Shown piece by piece: positions 35,077 through 45,396 of a DNA stretch of 64,000 nt. The notes beneath the pieces were generated by a model. It had not been told where the DNA came from. It saw only the letters and a program-made list of their open reading frames with translations, and made no database searches. Every line of letters begins with the position of its first letter. The stretch's first letter is position 1. Source of the stretch: a virus (taxonomy: Duplodnaviria > Heunggongvirae > Uroviricota > Caudoviricetes); IMG/VR virus record IMGVR_UViG_3300019458_000004, positions 1 to 64,000 of that record, one strand, 5' to 3'. The translations under genes and the position numbers were made by a program.

Positions 35077-35522
35077 TTCTTAATCTTTCCAGTCAAAAGA
35101 TCGAGTGTAACCATTTTATAATTACTACATTCATTATAGCTAACCTTGGTATAATCTTTTCCACCGTCTATAGCGACTTGTTCTACCACACAATCACATC
35201 CATTATAATGATGACGATTTACTGAGTAAACAACCATATTACAATTTAAACAATGAATAGCATCTTGATAACGCCATTTATTAATTTCTTTTTGAGTCAT
35301 GCCTCGAACCAGTACATAACCATTATTAGAATCAAGTTGTAAAAGCATGTACTTTTTGTGACCTTTTTCTTTGTTAGGAGATTTTGCTTTATAAACAGCC
35401 ACAGGAGAATATTCATCATTTGCACAAAAATCGGCGCAATAAGAAAGGTTGCCTTCAAATTTTTTTGCAACAGCTTTATGATTAAATCCATACCAGTTAA
35501 CTTGTTTAACTTTTGGTTTCAT
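35073..35522 (-). CDS. hypothetical Cys-rich protein
   Basis: 149-aa ORF. Confidence 0.4.
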   Translation of the reverse strand: MKPKVKQVNWYGFNHKAVAKKFEGNLSYCADFCANDEYSPVAVYKAKSPNKEKGHKKYMLLQLDSNNGYVLVRGMTQKEINKWRYQDAIHCLNCNMVVYSVNRHHYNGCDCVVEQVAIDGGKDYTKVSYNECSNYKMVTLDLLTGKIKK

Positions 35523-35767
35523 GGAGTTAACTCTTCCCAGTTAGCATATCTTAAACAAGGAATAACATCGGTTGTATATAGCCAATTTGAAATATCTTCG
35601 TGCTTAATTTCAATATAATCTTTAATAGTTAATGGCCAGCTAGCATCATACCCCATATTCCAACATTCGGCTTTGTATTTAATATATCCCGTTCCACCAT
35701 AAGTTGCAAGAACGCGCCAACAAATATCTCGGTATTGTTTGTGCTTTATAAAAAATAAATTATGCAT
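35519..35767 (-). CDS. hypothetical protein
   Basis: 82-aa ORF. Confidence 0.35.
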   Translation of the reverse strand: MHNLFFIKHKQYRDICWRVLATYGGTGYIKYKAECWNMGYDASWPLTIKDYIEIKHEDISNWLYTTDVIPCLRYANWEELTP

Positions 35768-36122
35768 AAAAAGGATCGTGTAAAGGAACCAAAGTTAAAG
35801 GCAGTTGTAAAAGCTTAGTTAATCTTTCAAGAACTTGTTCTGAAGTATGCCCATCCCATTTATAGTTATCATCTCTTGGAATTCTTTGCTCAATTAAGGG
35901 TAAATATTTTTCTTCAAAATGGTAGCTAATTTGTCCGGCAGTTGTTTCAATAAAAAGAACCGGCCATCCAGGATAATGAGGCTTCCAAGCTTTTTGGCCC
36001 GGAAAATTTAAAACAAGATTTAAATACAATAAAATTCTATGTTGATAAAGTTCTTCAAAAGTATGGTATCCATCAGAAACTTTCCGTGTTTCTTCAACGG
36101 ATAATGGAATAATAACACTCAT
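35760..36122 (-). CDS. hypothetical protein
   Basis: 120-aa ORF. Confidence 0.4.
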   Translation of the reverse strand: MSVIIPLSVEETRKVSDGYHTFEELYQHRILLYLNLVLNFPGQKAWKPHYPGWPVLFIETTAGQISYHFEEKYLPLIEQRIPRDDNYKWDGHTSEQVLERLTKLLQLPLTLVPLHDPFYA

Positions 36123-37720
36123 TGATCTTTCTCCACTTTACAAATAGCACAGTTTTTACCATCATATGAAATTCTATTTGATTGTATCTCTTCTCGGTGT
36201 TTATCGCAACCGGGAATTGCTGCAAAATATTCACTTATAATTTCAGGGTAATCAGCCCCATCAATAATTTCTTCTTTAATAAGAGGCCATTTTTTAAATG
36301 CTAATTCATAAGCCCGACGATATATCCACATTTGATATCGAACAGTTAGAGGATTAAAAATCCGCACAATTTTTGAAAGATAATCAATATCAAAACACCA
36401 TAACCATTTTGGATATCTTGAATAGACATATCCTGGATGAGTTATTGAATGAAGTTGATACCATCCAAACCCACAATAAACTCGGGCGGTATTACCGCAC
36501 CAAACCGGCTTACCTTTTCTTCTAATTAATAATAACTGATTTGGTATACTAACACAATAGACCTTTCCGTCATAATCAACAATACTTTCTTTATTTTTTT
36601 GAAGATCATGGGAATTGTACAATTCGAATTCGTTGCTTTTTTTAAGCCAATTAACCGTTATCTCGGGGTAATTATGTTTAATTATTCGATTATTAATCAT
36701 TGTCGGATTTTGGGATCTAGTTCTAGTAGATGTCCGAAATGAGTAACCCGCCTTCATTAATAAAAGACTAACGTCTTGTTCGAGCCGTGCTGAGACAGTT
36801 GATATTATATTAGTTGTTTTAGTTTTCCAACCATCACCTAGATAAAGATTAATTAAAAATTCTTCAATTAATCGGGAAGCTAACCCATGAATAAATTCTG
36901 GCACTTTTTTGTTTTCGGCTAAATGCCCGCAATTATTTAACAACCAAATACCAAGTTGTTTTGAATAAATCGTAATAATATAAGCTGAATCTCGCTTAGT
37001 AGTCTTGTACTCAAATGGTAGTTCTTTTAGGATATTTTCGACACAGTGCTTCTCTTCTTCAATTGTACCATTTAAACATAGAACAATTTGACTTTCCTTT
37101 GACACGTACCCTTCGGCTACGAACCAACCTAAAAATCGAAGCCACGGAATTATAGAAAGTTTGAGTTCTTCCGCATAAAAAATTCTTGTCGAATTTTCAA
37201 TATTATTCCATTCATTTTGATATCTAGGTAAGTTAAAATATTTCGGATCGGTCCCTTTCCAACGAAATGACTTTAAAAACTTTTTCGGTTTAAAGAATAG
37301 TTCTTGGTAGGTTTGTAGCTCATAGGGGTAGCTCTTACCGTGACAATTGCTTTGCCCGCCGTAGGTCGATCCCTTAGCAATATATAACTTATGATCCAAA
37401 GTCACTTTTAAATCAACACCACGACTTTTAATTGAGTACAGTTTTTTATGGTCACTTTGCTCGTGATATTTTATTGCTTGTTGATAAATTAAGTAGTTGT
37501 CTTTGTCTAAAGTGGCGAATAAATCTCGATTAATGTCAATGTTTTTAAAAAGTTTCCAGCCATTATTTGTCAAAACCTCGGTTTGGTCATCATAGCATCC
37601 GTATTTTTCTTTCGTTTGTGTAACTCCGATTCTTCCATATTTACGGCAATAATCTCCAATAAATTGTGCAGCTCTTCCAACATCTCCAAAATATTTGAAA
37701 TCTCCTGACCAATCGTGCAT
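36119..37720 (-). CDS. unknown protein carrying a LAGLIDADG intein
   Basis: Intein block A CYDDQTEVLT, block B VTLDHK, LAGLIDADG-like WFVAEGYV and LYLGDGW, C-terminus ..VWCGN|T. Exteins (about 40 aa + about 150 aa) not recognised. Confidence 0.6.
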   Translation of the reverse strand: MHDWSGDFKYFGDVGRAAQFIGDYCRKYGRIGVTQTKEKYGCYDDQTEVLTNNGWKLFKNIDINRDLFATLDKDNYLIYQQAIKYHEQSDHKKLYSIKSRGVDLKVTLDHKLYIAKGSTYGGQSNCHGKSYPYELQTYQELFFKPKKFLKSFRWKGTDPKYFNLPRYQNEWNNIENSTRIFYAEELKLSIIPWLRFLGWFVAEGYVSKESQIVLCLNGTIEEEKHCVENILKELPFEYKTTKRDSAYIITIYSKQLGIWLLNNCGHLAENKKVPEFIHGLASRLIEEFLINLYLGDGWKTKTTNIISTVSARLEQDVSLLLMKAGYSFRTSTRTRSQNPTMINNRIIKHNYPEITVNWLKKSNEFELYNSHDLQKNKESIVDYDGKVYCVSIPNQLLLIRRKGKPVWCGNTARVYCGFGWYQLHSITHPGYVYSRYPKWLWCFDIDYLSKIVRIFNPLTVRYQMWIYRRAYELAFKKWPLIKEEIIDGADYPEIISEYFAAIPGCDKHREEIQSNRISYDGKNCAICKVEKDQ

Positions 37721-38316
37721 TAGTCTTCCTTTTTAAATTTAGGACAATAAGCTGAATGTTTTGAACTGCCAACTGCTTCGGAACCGCATTCACATTTTTT
37801 AGCTAAGTCAGTCATAGTTTTTCTTGGCGGCGCAGCTTCATCAACATAGTAATATGGATAATTTGGAATAGTGATTTCAACCGTTTGATCTTCTGGACAA
37901 TTGGGTTTATGAGAATTAATTTTCCCACCACAAGAACAAGTAGTAGCCAACGCATCCAATCCACCTATTTTAATTAAATCAAGAGCTTGTGTTGGTGTAA
38001 TAAGTTGGGCTTTAATTAAATTGATTGCAATATTTTGTTTTTCAATAGAAATCAATTCTCTCGGGTAATTAAACCAATGTTCTGGGCCTAATGGAACCGG
38101 GATAGTCCAAGGATCTGGCCATTCAGCAACAATGTCTAAGTCATTATCACCAATTGTAAGATAAAGACCTTCAGGAGACCATTTATTGATCATCCATCCC
38201 CAATCATCAGACAATACCGCACCGTGGATTGAATAAAAACCTCGACCATTCAAAGTATAAATACGAACTTTTCGTCCGTTTCTCGTTTTATAAAATTTAC
38301 CGAATTCAATCTTCAT
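37720..38316 (-). CDS. hypothetical protein
   Basis: 198-aa ORF with C-terminal Cys pairs. Confidence 0.4.
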   Translation of the reverse strand: MKIEFGKFYKTRNGRKVRIYTLNGRGFYSIHGAVLSDDWGWMINKWSPEGLYLTIGDNDLDIVAEWPDPWTIPVPLGPEHWFNYPRELISIEKQNIAINLIKAQLITPTQALDLIKIGGLDALATTCSCGGKINSHKPNCPEDQTVEITIPNYPYYYVDEAAPPRKTMTDLAKKCECGSEAVGSSKHSAYCPKFKKED

Positions 38317-39230
38317 TAATCCTCAATTTTTAAAGCCATCCATTCAGACTTACGCGCTTCTTTATATGCATCTAAAGCACTCTTTTCATTTGGGATAATG
38401 GTGTCTGCTGTGACTACAAATTCCCCAGAATGCGTAGCATTACTAATATGATTCTTATCAACCGTTATTTTAGATACAATCCCATATCCCTTTTCCTGCC
38501 CAGAAACTACTGCCTTTAAAGTCTTAGCCTTTTTCGTTCTAATTACAAGAGAAGAGCTAAAATAGATGCCATCGCCTCCATATGGCACAACGGTAGTCGG
38601 ACCCCCTGGAAACTGCGGCGGCTGCTTATAAGCGTGATTAACGAAAACTAGACCTACTGAGAAGGGGCTTGTCGTCTTTCTGGTATTATTAATCTTATGG
38701 CTAAATACCCGCATCTTTTCTCGGATAACCTTAGCAGCTTTCATCATTGCGCCGCCCATTTCAACCGTACCGTCCTTATTTTCGGTCACCGAATCTACTG
38801 ATACCGTATTACCAATAGAATCTACAAAGATCATGATATTCATGGGAAGCTTACCCATTACAACATCTGAAGTAACCCGGTCAATTTTCGTAAAGATATC
38901 CTCAAGATATTGAGCATGTTCCACAATACAATTATCAACATCAACTCCCATAGCCTTGGCTCGATCCCAAGATACCTTATTTTCGGTAATAATGAATACT
39001 GGTAGAATACCTTGAGCCTGGGCTTGGGCCGCTGCATGGAAAACGAGCGACGTTTTGCCGCTATCTGATAATCCAAATAACTGAGTGATATGTCCAAGAG
39101 GCAATCCTGGTAAACCTAAAACCGATTGCAAAGCAGTATTTAATTGAACATATAAATCCATTTTTAAGGGCGTATCTGCTACTTGAATAGACTTTTTATA
39201 TTCCGAAAGATCGAATCCCTTCTTTTTCAT
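38316..39230 (-). CDS. RecA-family recombinase (UvsX/Sak4-like)
   Basis: Walker A GLSDSGKTS. RecA-fold layout. Confidence 0.55.
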   Translation of the reverse strand: MKKKGFDLSEYKKSIQVADTPLKMDLYVQLNTALQSVLGLPGLPLGHITQLFGLSDSGKTSLVFHAAAQAQAQGILPVFIITENKVSWDRAKAMGVDVDNCIVEHAQYLEDIFTKIDRVTSDVVMGKLPMNIMIFVDSIGNTVSVDSVTENKDGTVEMGGAMMKAAKVIREKMRVFSHKINNTRKTTSPFSVGLVFVNHAYKQPPQFPGGPTTVVPYGGDGIYFSSSLVIRTKKAKTLKAVVSGQEKGYGIVSKITVDKNHISNATHSGEFVVTADTIIPNEKSALDAYKEARKSEWMALKIED

Positions 39231-39388
39231 TTCACAACCTTAATAATCCAAAGTATAAAATCCGCCAACAAAACACCTAAAGCGACAACAATAATGTCAA
39301 TAGTAGTTCCTAAACTAAAGAGTTTCTTTTTATAGCTCCGCCTTTGAGCTTTGGTTGGGAACTTAATTACATTTTTGAATCGTTCCAT
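39227..39388 (-). CDS. small membrane protein (53 aa), below the ORF-track threshold
   Basis: MERFKNVIKFPTKAQRRSYKKKLFSLGTTIDIIVVALGVLLADFILWIIKVVK. ATGA overlaps at both ends. Confidence 0.35.
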   Translation of the reverse strand: MERFKNVIKFPTKAQRRSYKKKLFSLGTTIDIIVVALGVLLADFILWIIKVVK

Positions 39389-39882
39389 CACAATCCTAAA
39401 ATTCTCAGTGCTGCTCGGCGCTCATTTCTTGATACGCGGTCAGTAAAAAAGATTCCTTGTAAGTGATCAAATTCATGCTGAAAACAAATTGCTTCAATTT
39501 CATTCAAAATTCCTTCTCTAAGATTACCATATCGATCCTGGTATTGTACATAGATTTCTTCATGTCTTGGAATTGTAAGGAAAACTCCCGGTGCTGAAAG
39601 ACACCCTTCGTTAATATTAATGTATTCTTTTGATTTTTCTAGTATTTTTGGATTAATGAATTCTAGTGTTTCACTTTGCCCGTCTTTAAAACGGGCTTGG
39701 GATTTCATTATAAATACTGATTTTCGTTCATTAACTTGGTTGGCGGATAGGCCAATACCACGTTCGGTAATCATTATTTGCCGCATTTCATCTAATAAAG
39801 AACGAAGATTATCATCAAAAGCAATAACTTCTGTGGTTTTTTGAGTTAAAATAAAATTTGGATATTTAACAATTTTTCGCAT
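39388..39882 (-). CDS. def: peptide deformylase
   Basis: Three PDF motifs: GIGLSANQ, EGCLS, QHEFDHLQG. Confidence 0.85.
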   Translation of the reverse strand: MRKIVKYPNFILTQKTTEVIAFDDNLRSLLDEMRQIMITERGIGLSANQVNERKSVFIMKSQARFKDGQSETLEFINPKILEKSKEYININEGCLSAPGVFLTIPRHEEIYVQYQDRYGNLREGILNEIEAICFQHEFDHLQGIFFTDRVSRNERRAALRILGL

Positions 39883-40011
39883 CTTTTATTTTTTGTTTAA
39901 TTAATTTGTTAGCATGCTTAATAATTGGGGTAAAATCAATAAAAAGATTACCTTTTTTATCCTTATCAATTTTTAGTTTAACGCCTGTAAATTCTTTAAT
40001 TTCGAGTTTAA

Positions 40012-40356
40012 TCATAGTAATTTTAATTCCTTGGTAATTTGATCAATTAGTTCTGCTTCTGCTGGCCCAATTGCTACGGCGGTGTATGTTGGTTCTTTAA
40101 ATTCTGTTTTCCCAATATCGAGAACTAGGTAAGCCGGTAACCCCTCCATTTTGGCAAAATGATAAGCATCTGTGAGTTCTTTTTCAGAATCAACGCCAAC
40201 ACAAATCTTTACGCCGTTAAACCCATTTCTCCAAGTATCAATATCTTTTTGAGGAGTTAATAAAAAAGCACCAATAGATGCATGAGCGCCTTGGGCAACC
40301 ATTTTGCCCTTTCTCATATTTAAATCTTTTCGAAGAATTATTACTTGCTTCATCAT
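40012..40356 (-). CDS. pth2: peptidyl-tRNA hydrolase, PTH2 family
   Basis: KQVIILRKDLNMRKGKMVAQGAHAS matches the PTH2 signature (VVR.DL.M..GK.AAQ..HA). Confidence 0.7.
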   Translation of the reverse strand: MMKQVIILRKDLNMRKGKMVAQGAHASIGAFLLTPQKDIDTWRNGFNGVKICVGVDSEKELTDAYHFAKMEGLPAYLVLDIGKTEFKEPTYTAVAIGPAEAELIDQITKELKLL

Positions 40357-40601
40357 TCCGTTTTATAAAGTTTAGTAGTTACTCGAACTTCTGGTGTAAT
40401 TCCTTTATCAGAAATATATAAAAAGACTTTACAAGCTTTTTGTTGTTTGTCCATGAATGATAGAGTAAGTGCTGCTCCGCCTTGTTCTTCATCAAATTCT
40501 AAATATTCAGACAATCCATTCTTCTGAACATATTCCACAGCCAATTGTAGGTCTTTTAATTTAATTCTTAGCATTGTTAAATCTTTTATTAAGAGAAACA
40601 A
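40353..40601 (-). CDS. hypothetical protein
   Basis: 82-aa ORF. Confidence 0.35.
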   Translation of the reverse strand: MFLLIKDLTMLRIKLKDLQLAVEYVQKNGLSEYLEFDEEQGGAALTLSFMDKQQKACKVFLYISDKGITPEVRVTTKLYKTE

Positions 40602-40854
40602 TTACATCACTTGCGTGTTCTAAAGCTAATCGCTTGTATTTTAGTTCGCGGTTTAAGGAAAACGGGGATTCTCTTAGTTGAGAAAAAGCAGCCTCTAATA
40701 CAAATACTGTAAGATAATAACTGTCAAAAGCTTGCACATACGTTTGAATATTAGTAAACATTTCTTCGTAAAATACTCGCCCTTTTGGGCACTCAATACG
40801 CGCTACAATATATTTTTTATGGGCATCGAGAGATTTTAAAACAAGATCTTTCAT
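40561..40854 (-). CDS. hypothetical protein
   Basis: 97-aa ORF. Confidence 0.35.
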   Translation of the reverse strand: MKDLVLKSLDAHKKYIVARIECPKGRVFYEEMFTNIQTYVQAFDSYYLTVFVLEAAFSQLRESPFSLNRELKYKRLALEHASDVIVSLNKRFNNAKN

Positions 40855-41543
40855 TTCTTACCCACCAATTCTCTAGTCATTATAGCCGCACTTTGGGAGC
40901 TTCCGCTCATTATGATCCCAAAGCCTTCTACATCTTTCCCATCTCGCCAATCAGTAACAACGGGTCCATAATTAGAAAACTTGTGCTTCTTATCTTCTGA
41001 CACACCATTTCCAATTACACGAAAATACTGGCTTTGGAAATTATAACACGAGGGATAATAATTACAATTCCCTTTTTCTAATTTTGTATTCCAATTACCT
41101 GAAGCAGTTATAAAGTATATCTTGTGTTTTAAAAGTTTTTCAATTATTTGTTTTTCGAGAAAATCGGTTCTATCTCCACCGGAACTAAAATTTACATGTG
41201 TGGCCTTTTCTTTTAGTGCTATTTTTAATCCTTTAACTTCTGTTTCAGCGGAACCGGAAAAGTGGTAATACTTAATAATTAATAAACAGAATTGGTTGGT
41301 ATCAATTTGTTTAGCAATAATGCCGGCTATATTTGTTCCGTGGCCATGCCAATCTTCAATGCCTTTCCCAGTAATATCGTAATGTTTTCCATAACATAAA
41401 TACTTCTTAGTTTTTTCGTTAACTTCAATGCCGGTATCAATAACAGCGATTTTATTTCTATATTCAATTGCCTTAGTATTATAGAAATCCGGTGCTGGGT
41501 AGTTTAAAAGAAGACTACCAAATAAATAATAAAAGAAGTTCAA
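40851..41543 (-). CDS. subtilisin-like (S8) serine peptidase
   Basis: Asp VIDTGI, His HGHGT, Ser GSSQSAA in canonical order. Confidence 0.55.
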   Translation of the reverse strand: MNFFYYLFGSLLLNYPAPDFYNTKAIEYRNKIAVIDTGIEVNEKTKKYLCYGKHYDITGKGIEDWHGHGTNIAGIIAKQIDTNQFCLLIIKYYHFSGSAETEVKGLKIALKEKATHVNFSSGGDRTDFLEKQIIEKLLKHKIYFITASGNWNTKLEKGNCNYYPSCYNFQSQYFRVIGNGVSEDKKHKFSNYGPVVTDWRDGKDVEGFGIIMSGSSQSAAIMTRELVGKK

Positions 41544-41689
41544 TTACCACCAATTTAAAATACGTCCATAAAGAGGTAAATAAAAAGCAAGGGCTGCTAA
41601 TTGGGCAAAAATAGAATCCCTTTTCCTTTCTCCTAAAACGATTCCAAGAGCCATAATTTGCAACCCTAGCAAAAAATATACATAGTAGT

Positions 41690-41902
41690 TCACTTTATTT
41701 CCTTTCGTGGTCGGCCTCTTTTACGCTTAGTCGGTAAAACATCTAAACTACGAACAGAAGCAGCTTCAACCAACACAGGTCTAGTATTATCTCCGGTTAA
41801 AATAACATATAGTTCTTTAGAATTTAAAACAGCAAAAACATATCCTTCAATCTCTTTACCATTTGGCATTGAAACAACAACTTTTTCACGAAATTGATAC
41901 AT
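41690..41902 (-). CDS. hypothetical protein with AT-hook-like tail
   Basis: KRKRGRPRK at the C-terminus. Confidence 0.35.
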   Translation of the reverse strand: MYQFREKVVVSMPNGKEIEGYVFAVLNSKELYVILTGDNTRPVLVEAASVRSLDVLPTKRKRGRPRKEIK

Positions 41903-41926
41903 GGTTTAATGATACCAAATAATACA

Positions 41927-42367
41927 TTAAAAGCAACTTTTTAATTGTTGAAAGTATCTATCCCAATCGGCTTGTGTATAATCTTTAATATTATGAGCAC
42001 TTTCGTACATTATGTCTTTTTCATTAGGGGTATGGTCTAATCCAAAGCAATGTCCGATTTCGTGATGCACAACCGGTTTAAAGTATTCCTTCTCAATAAA
42101 GATAATTGGGCTTAATTCAATAAAACAATCAAAATATTGTTCTGTGGCTTGGCCTAGAATGTATTCCCCTAATTCGACTTTCTTAAATAAAAAAGATTTA
42201 TTTTTATATTGATTAGTATCTTGAAGAATTGTGCTTATTTCTTCAGTTTCTTCTTTAGTAAATCCTTGAAAACTTGGTACAATTTGTTGCGTTGGAGGGA
42301 TTTTAGCGGCCCAAACAAGAATAATTAAAGTAAGAACATTATATGGGTTTAAAACTAACTGCCGCAA
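41927..42367 (-). CDS. secreted metzincin-type zinc metallopeptidase
   Basis: Signal/TM N-terminus. HEIGHCFGLDH (HExxHxxGxxH). Confidence 0.55.
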   Translation of the reverse strand: MRQLVLNPYNVLTLIILVWAAKIPPTQQIVPSFQGFTKEETEEISTILQDTNQYKNKSFLFKKVELGEYILGQATEQYFDCFIELSPIIFIEKEYFKPVVHHEIGHCFGLDHTPNEKDIMYESAHNIKDYTQADWDRYFQQLKSCF

Positions 42368-42771
42368 GAAGATTTCTTTCTTTGTCTATAAATAATTTTT
42401 AAAGCTTGCCCGATTATCTTAAATTCTTCACTAGTAAAATTATTGCTCCTTAATTTATCGCAGAAAATACAAGAAACGACTAAATTATTTTTTTCATACC
42501 CGATATTATTATCTAATCTATCGAGATTATAAGCTCTAGAAATAAATTTACCTTTTATGGTTCCATAAGGAACCCAATTAATTTTTTTGTCACAATAGTA
42601 ACAATTTTGGGTTTGAGTAAATATTAAAAATTCCTCGTAAGTTAATTCAACTTTTGTTTTTCGATGATCTCTTTTTATTCCTTCATAAATCGATTCAAAT
42701 GGTTTTTTTCTACGGCTACAAATCCTACAAATTTGTTTTCTCGATTTTAGTTCTGAACTTCTAATTTTCAA
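42355..42771 (-). CDS. HNH endonuclease (HNH_3-like)
   Basis: CYYCDKK...YNLDRLDNNIGYEKNNLVVSCIFCDKLR. Confidence 0.6.
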   Translation of the reverse strand: MKIRSSELKSRKQICRICSRRKKPFESIYEGIKRDHRKTKVELTYEEFLIFTQTQNCYYCDKKINWVPYGTIKGKFISRAYNLDRLDNNIGYEKNNLVVSCIFCDKLRSNNFTSEEFKIIGQALKIIYRQRKKSSCGS

Positions 42772-42872
42772 TTGATTTTTTTGACAAATTTGACATATAA
42801 AAATATAAACAGTTCTCGGTCAACCGTTTTTTCTAGGCTGCTTTAATATTTGAATCGCTTCATTTTTATCAA

Positions 42873-44768
42873 TCATTTAATTGGACACACCCCTGTTTGA
42901 CATTCAAACTCGTCTAATAAGTCGGTTTCTTTTAACTCACAAGATATAATTGGTTTAGTTTTTTCTTTAAGTTCTAAATATCTTTCCTCAGAGATAGCTT
43001 CATAAGGAGCTTGGGAAAATCCATGATCTTTATGTAGTAAAAAACTAACAGTTTTAACTGAATCATTGTAATTCTTTTTTAACCACGCTTTAATTTCAGC
43101 CAACTCTTCTTTTTTATAATAAATTGTACAAGAAACAGAGTTATCTGACCAATCGGTTTGTAATCGTTTTACATATTCGAGTTGCTCTATAGCTTTAATA
43201 TCTGATGCAAATATAGTGCCTTCTGGGTAACTGCATGGAAATTCAATAACTACTGTATTGTGATCGTCAGTTCCATCGAAATTCTTTTGAAATTCAGCAA
43301 AATAACCGTGTTCTCTGCATACTTTTACCAATTTAGAATTAGCAGCCATTCGAATTCTTCTTATAAAAAATTGAGAAAATCCTGGGTGTATCCCAGGTGT
43401 TACTCCTGGAAGCAATGAAAGTGTTCCAGAAGGTTTACAGGTTGTCAATTTAATAGACCTAGGCCATTTCATTTTTTTTGAATATTGTTTGTCAAACTCT
43501 CTTAAATAATCATAAGTTTCGGATAACCAGCTTTTCTTTTCCTCAGAACTCTGTAAATATCCAGTAACTCCGATGCCCATTCGAAAGTTTTTATGAACAA
43601 TTTTTTCAGTTTCCTCATGATGAGCAGGAAGAGCTAAACTATGTTTACATATTCTATATAAAAAACAAGTTATTTCTTTTAACTCTTCCTTATTTTGTAC
43701 ATTGGGTAAAAAGATCTCTGCTAGACAACAGGTTTCTTTATCATTAAGTCCTTGTTCGGCACACGGATTATATCCAATAATTTCAAGATCTTTATATTTT
43801 TTCTGTCCTAATCTACCACAAGAACGTGAAAGTTCAAGATTAACTAACCCATATGGCTCTCCTTGTCCGCCATATCCCGACCAGAACTGTTCAGGAAGTT
43901 TATTAATGTCATTACAAACTACAGAATTGTTAGAAAATGCGCGCCAATTAGGAATATTACCTAAATCCCACCTTTTGGCATTTAAAAATTGTAAGTCATC
44001 CATATCCCCTAAAGCCAATTGTGCAGATCTTCTAACATTTCCAGCAACAACAATATAAGCAATAATATTCATTATATCTAAAGCATCAATTGGTCTTAAC
44101 TTTTTTCCAGAACGACTATTTAATAACTTACTAATTTCACCAATACCCCAACACAATTCATTTGGTCCAGAAGCTACCCCTCCAAATCCTTTAATAGATT
44201 CACCCTTTCCTCGCACAAGAATGGTTGAATATGAAAAAGACTTTCCAGTATAAAAGTGACTCTCTAATGTTTTTTCTAACAAACGAACCCATCCTGTTCT
44301 AGAATCTGGAACAATAAAATCAGCGTCTTTGGTATCGTTTCGAATGATCTCTGCTTTTTTTATTTTAGGTAACTCGTAAACGTACTCTCTTTGGATATTA
44401 TAACCGACGCCGCATCCCAACATTAAAGCGTCCATTGTCCAAACAAATGGACGAATTGGGTGATTAACCAACGTCGCTGCACAGTTTTGAAGTGACATTA
44501 GCCCAAGTTGTTCTACAGTTTTTGTTCCAAGTTGCCATTTAAACCTTCCCGCAACGGAGCATTTTAATTTAAGAAAATATTCTCTAAGTTTTTTTAATTC
44601 TTCATTATTAAATCCAGTATTTAATTGAGTTTGGCAGGCATTTAAAATACGATCAATATTTTGAGGGTACTCTTCAGTTAGTGAATCATTATTTTCATCT
44701 AATCTTCGGGCATAAGTTCTTTTATATGTGATATAACCTAATGGCCCCCATGGGATTTCAAAAGACAT
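42873..44768 (-). CDS. ribonucleotide reductase-like protein (class II, B12-dependent type)
   Basis: GYNPCAEQGL...ETCCLAEIFL resembles the class II NPCGE active-site motif. C-terminal Cys cluster. Confidence 0.5.
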   Translation of the reverse strand: MSFEIPWGPLGYITYKRTYARRLDENNDSLTEEYPQNIDRILNACQTQLNTGFNNEELKKLREYFLKLKCSVAGRFKWQLGTKTVEQLGLMSLQNCAATLVNHPIRPFVWTMDALMLGCGVGYNIQREYVYELPKIKKAEIIRNDTKDADFIVPDSRTGWVRLLEKTLESHFYTGKSFSYSTILVRGKGESIKGFGGVASGPNELCWGIGEISKLLNSRSGKKLRPIDALDIMNIIAYIVVAGNVRRSAQLALGDMDDLQFLNAKRWDLGNIPNWRAFSNNSVVCNDINKLPEQFWSGYGGQGEPYGLVNLELSRSCGRLGQKKYKDLEIIGYNPCAEQGLNDKETCCLAEIFLPNVQNKEELKEITCFLYRICKHSLALPAHHEETEKIVHKNFRMGIGVTGYLQSSEEKKSWLSETYDYLREFDKQYSKKMKWPRSIKLTTCKPSGTLSLLPGVTPGIHPGFSQFFIRRIRMAANSKLVKVCREHGYFAEFQKNFDGTDDHNTVVIEFPCSYPEGTIFASDIKAIEQLEYVKRLQTDWSDNSVSCTIYYKKEELAEIKAWLKKNYNDSVKTVSFLLHKDHGFSQAPYEAISEERYLELKEKTKPIISCELKETDLLDEFECQTGVCPIK

Positions 44769-44785
44769 AAATCCTTTTTTTTTAA

Positions 44786-45001
44786 TTAAACTTTCTTAAG
44801 AATATTATTAAGGGTTTCAGAGCGGTCAATCATTTCTTCTTTTTCAATATCATTATCAAAAACATTTGATTCAATTAAAGAATCATAATGATCTTTAATA
44901 TCTTCAAGCTCTTCAGTAATAACTTGCTTTTCTTTTGGACTGAAAGGACTATTCATATTCTTCCTCATCAGATACTTCAAAAGGTTCGACAGCCAAGTCA
45001 A
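44786..45001 (-). CDS. hypothetical protein
   Basis: 71-aa ORF. Confidence 0.35.
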   Translation of the reverse strand: MTWLSNLLKYLMRKNMNSPFSPKEKQVITEELEDIKDHYDSLIESNVFDNDIEKEEMIDRSETLNNILKKV

Positions 45002-45081
45002 AAGCAGCCGGAAGCTGAAATTCTAACTCCCTTGCCATATCTTCGGCAGCATCTAAAGTTTTATAGATACTATGAATTGTT

Positions 45082-45396
45082 TCACTCCGAAGCGGATTTT
45101 CTTGAATTATCATCAAAACATAAACTGTCATCGGCCAAATACTCCTCAATTCCGGACGATTCTAACACTTCAAATATGATATCAATTGGCATACCAAAAT
45201 GTCTGCTAATTTCTTCACCAATTAAAGCTTTCACTCTAGCCTTATATTGAATATTTATTTCTTCGTAGAATTTTGGCTCAAGTTGCATCATTGATTTCTT
45301 TTCTTCTCTCAAAGAAAAGAGAATATCATCAATCGTTCGGGTATTATCAAATAACCAATCCAAGATTTCATCTCGAATTTGTGTGTAGCTAGTCAT
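45082..45396 (-). CDS. hypothetical protein
   Basis: 104-aa ORF. Confidence 0.35.
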   Translation of the reverse strand: MTSYTQIRDEILDWLFDNTRTIDDILFSLREEKKSMMQLEPKFYEEINIQYKARVKALIGEEISRHFGMPIDIIFEVLESSGIEEYLADDSLCFDDNSRKSASE

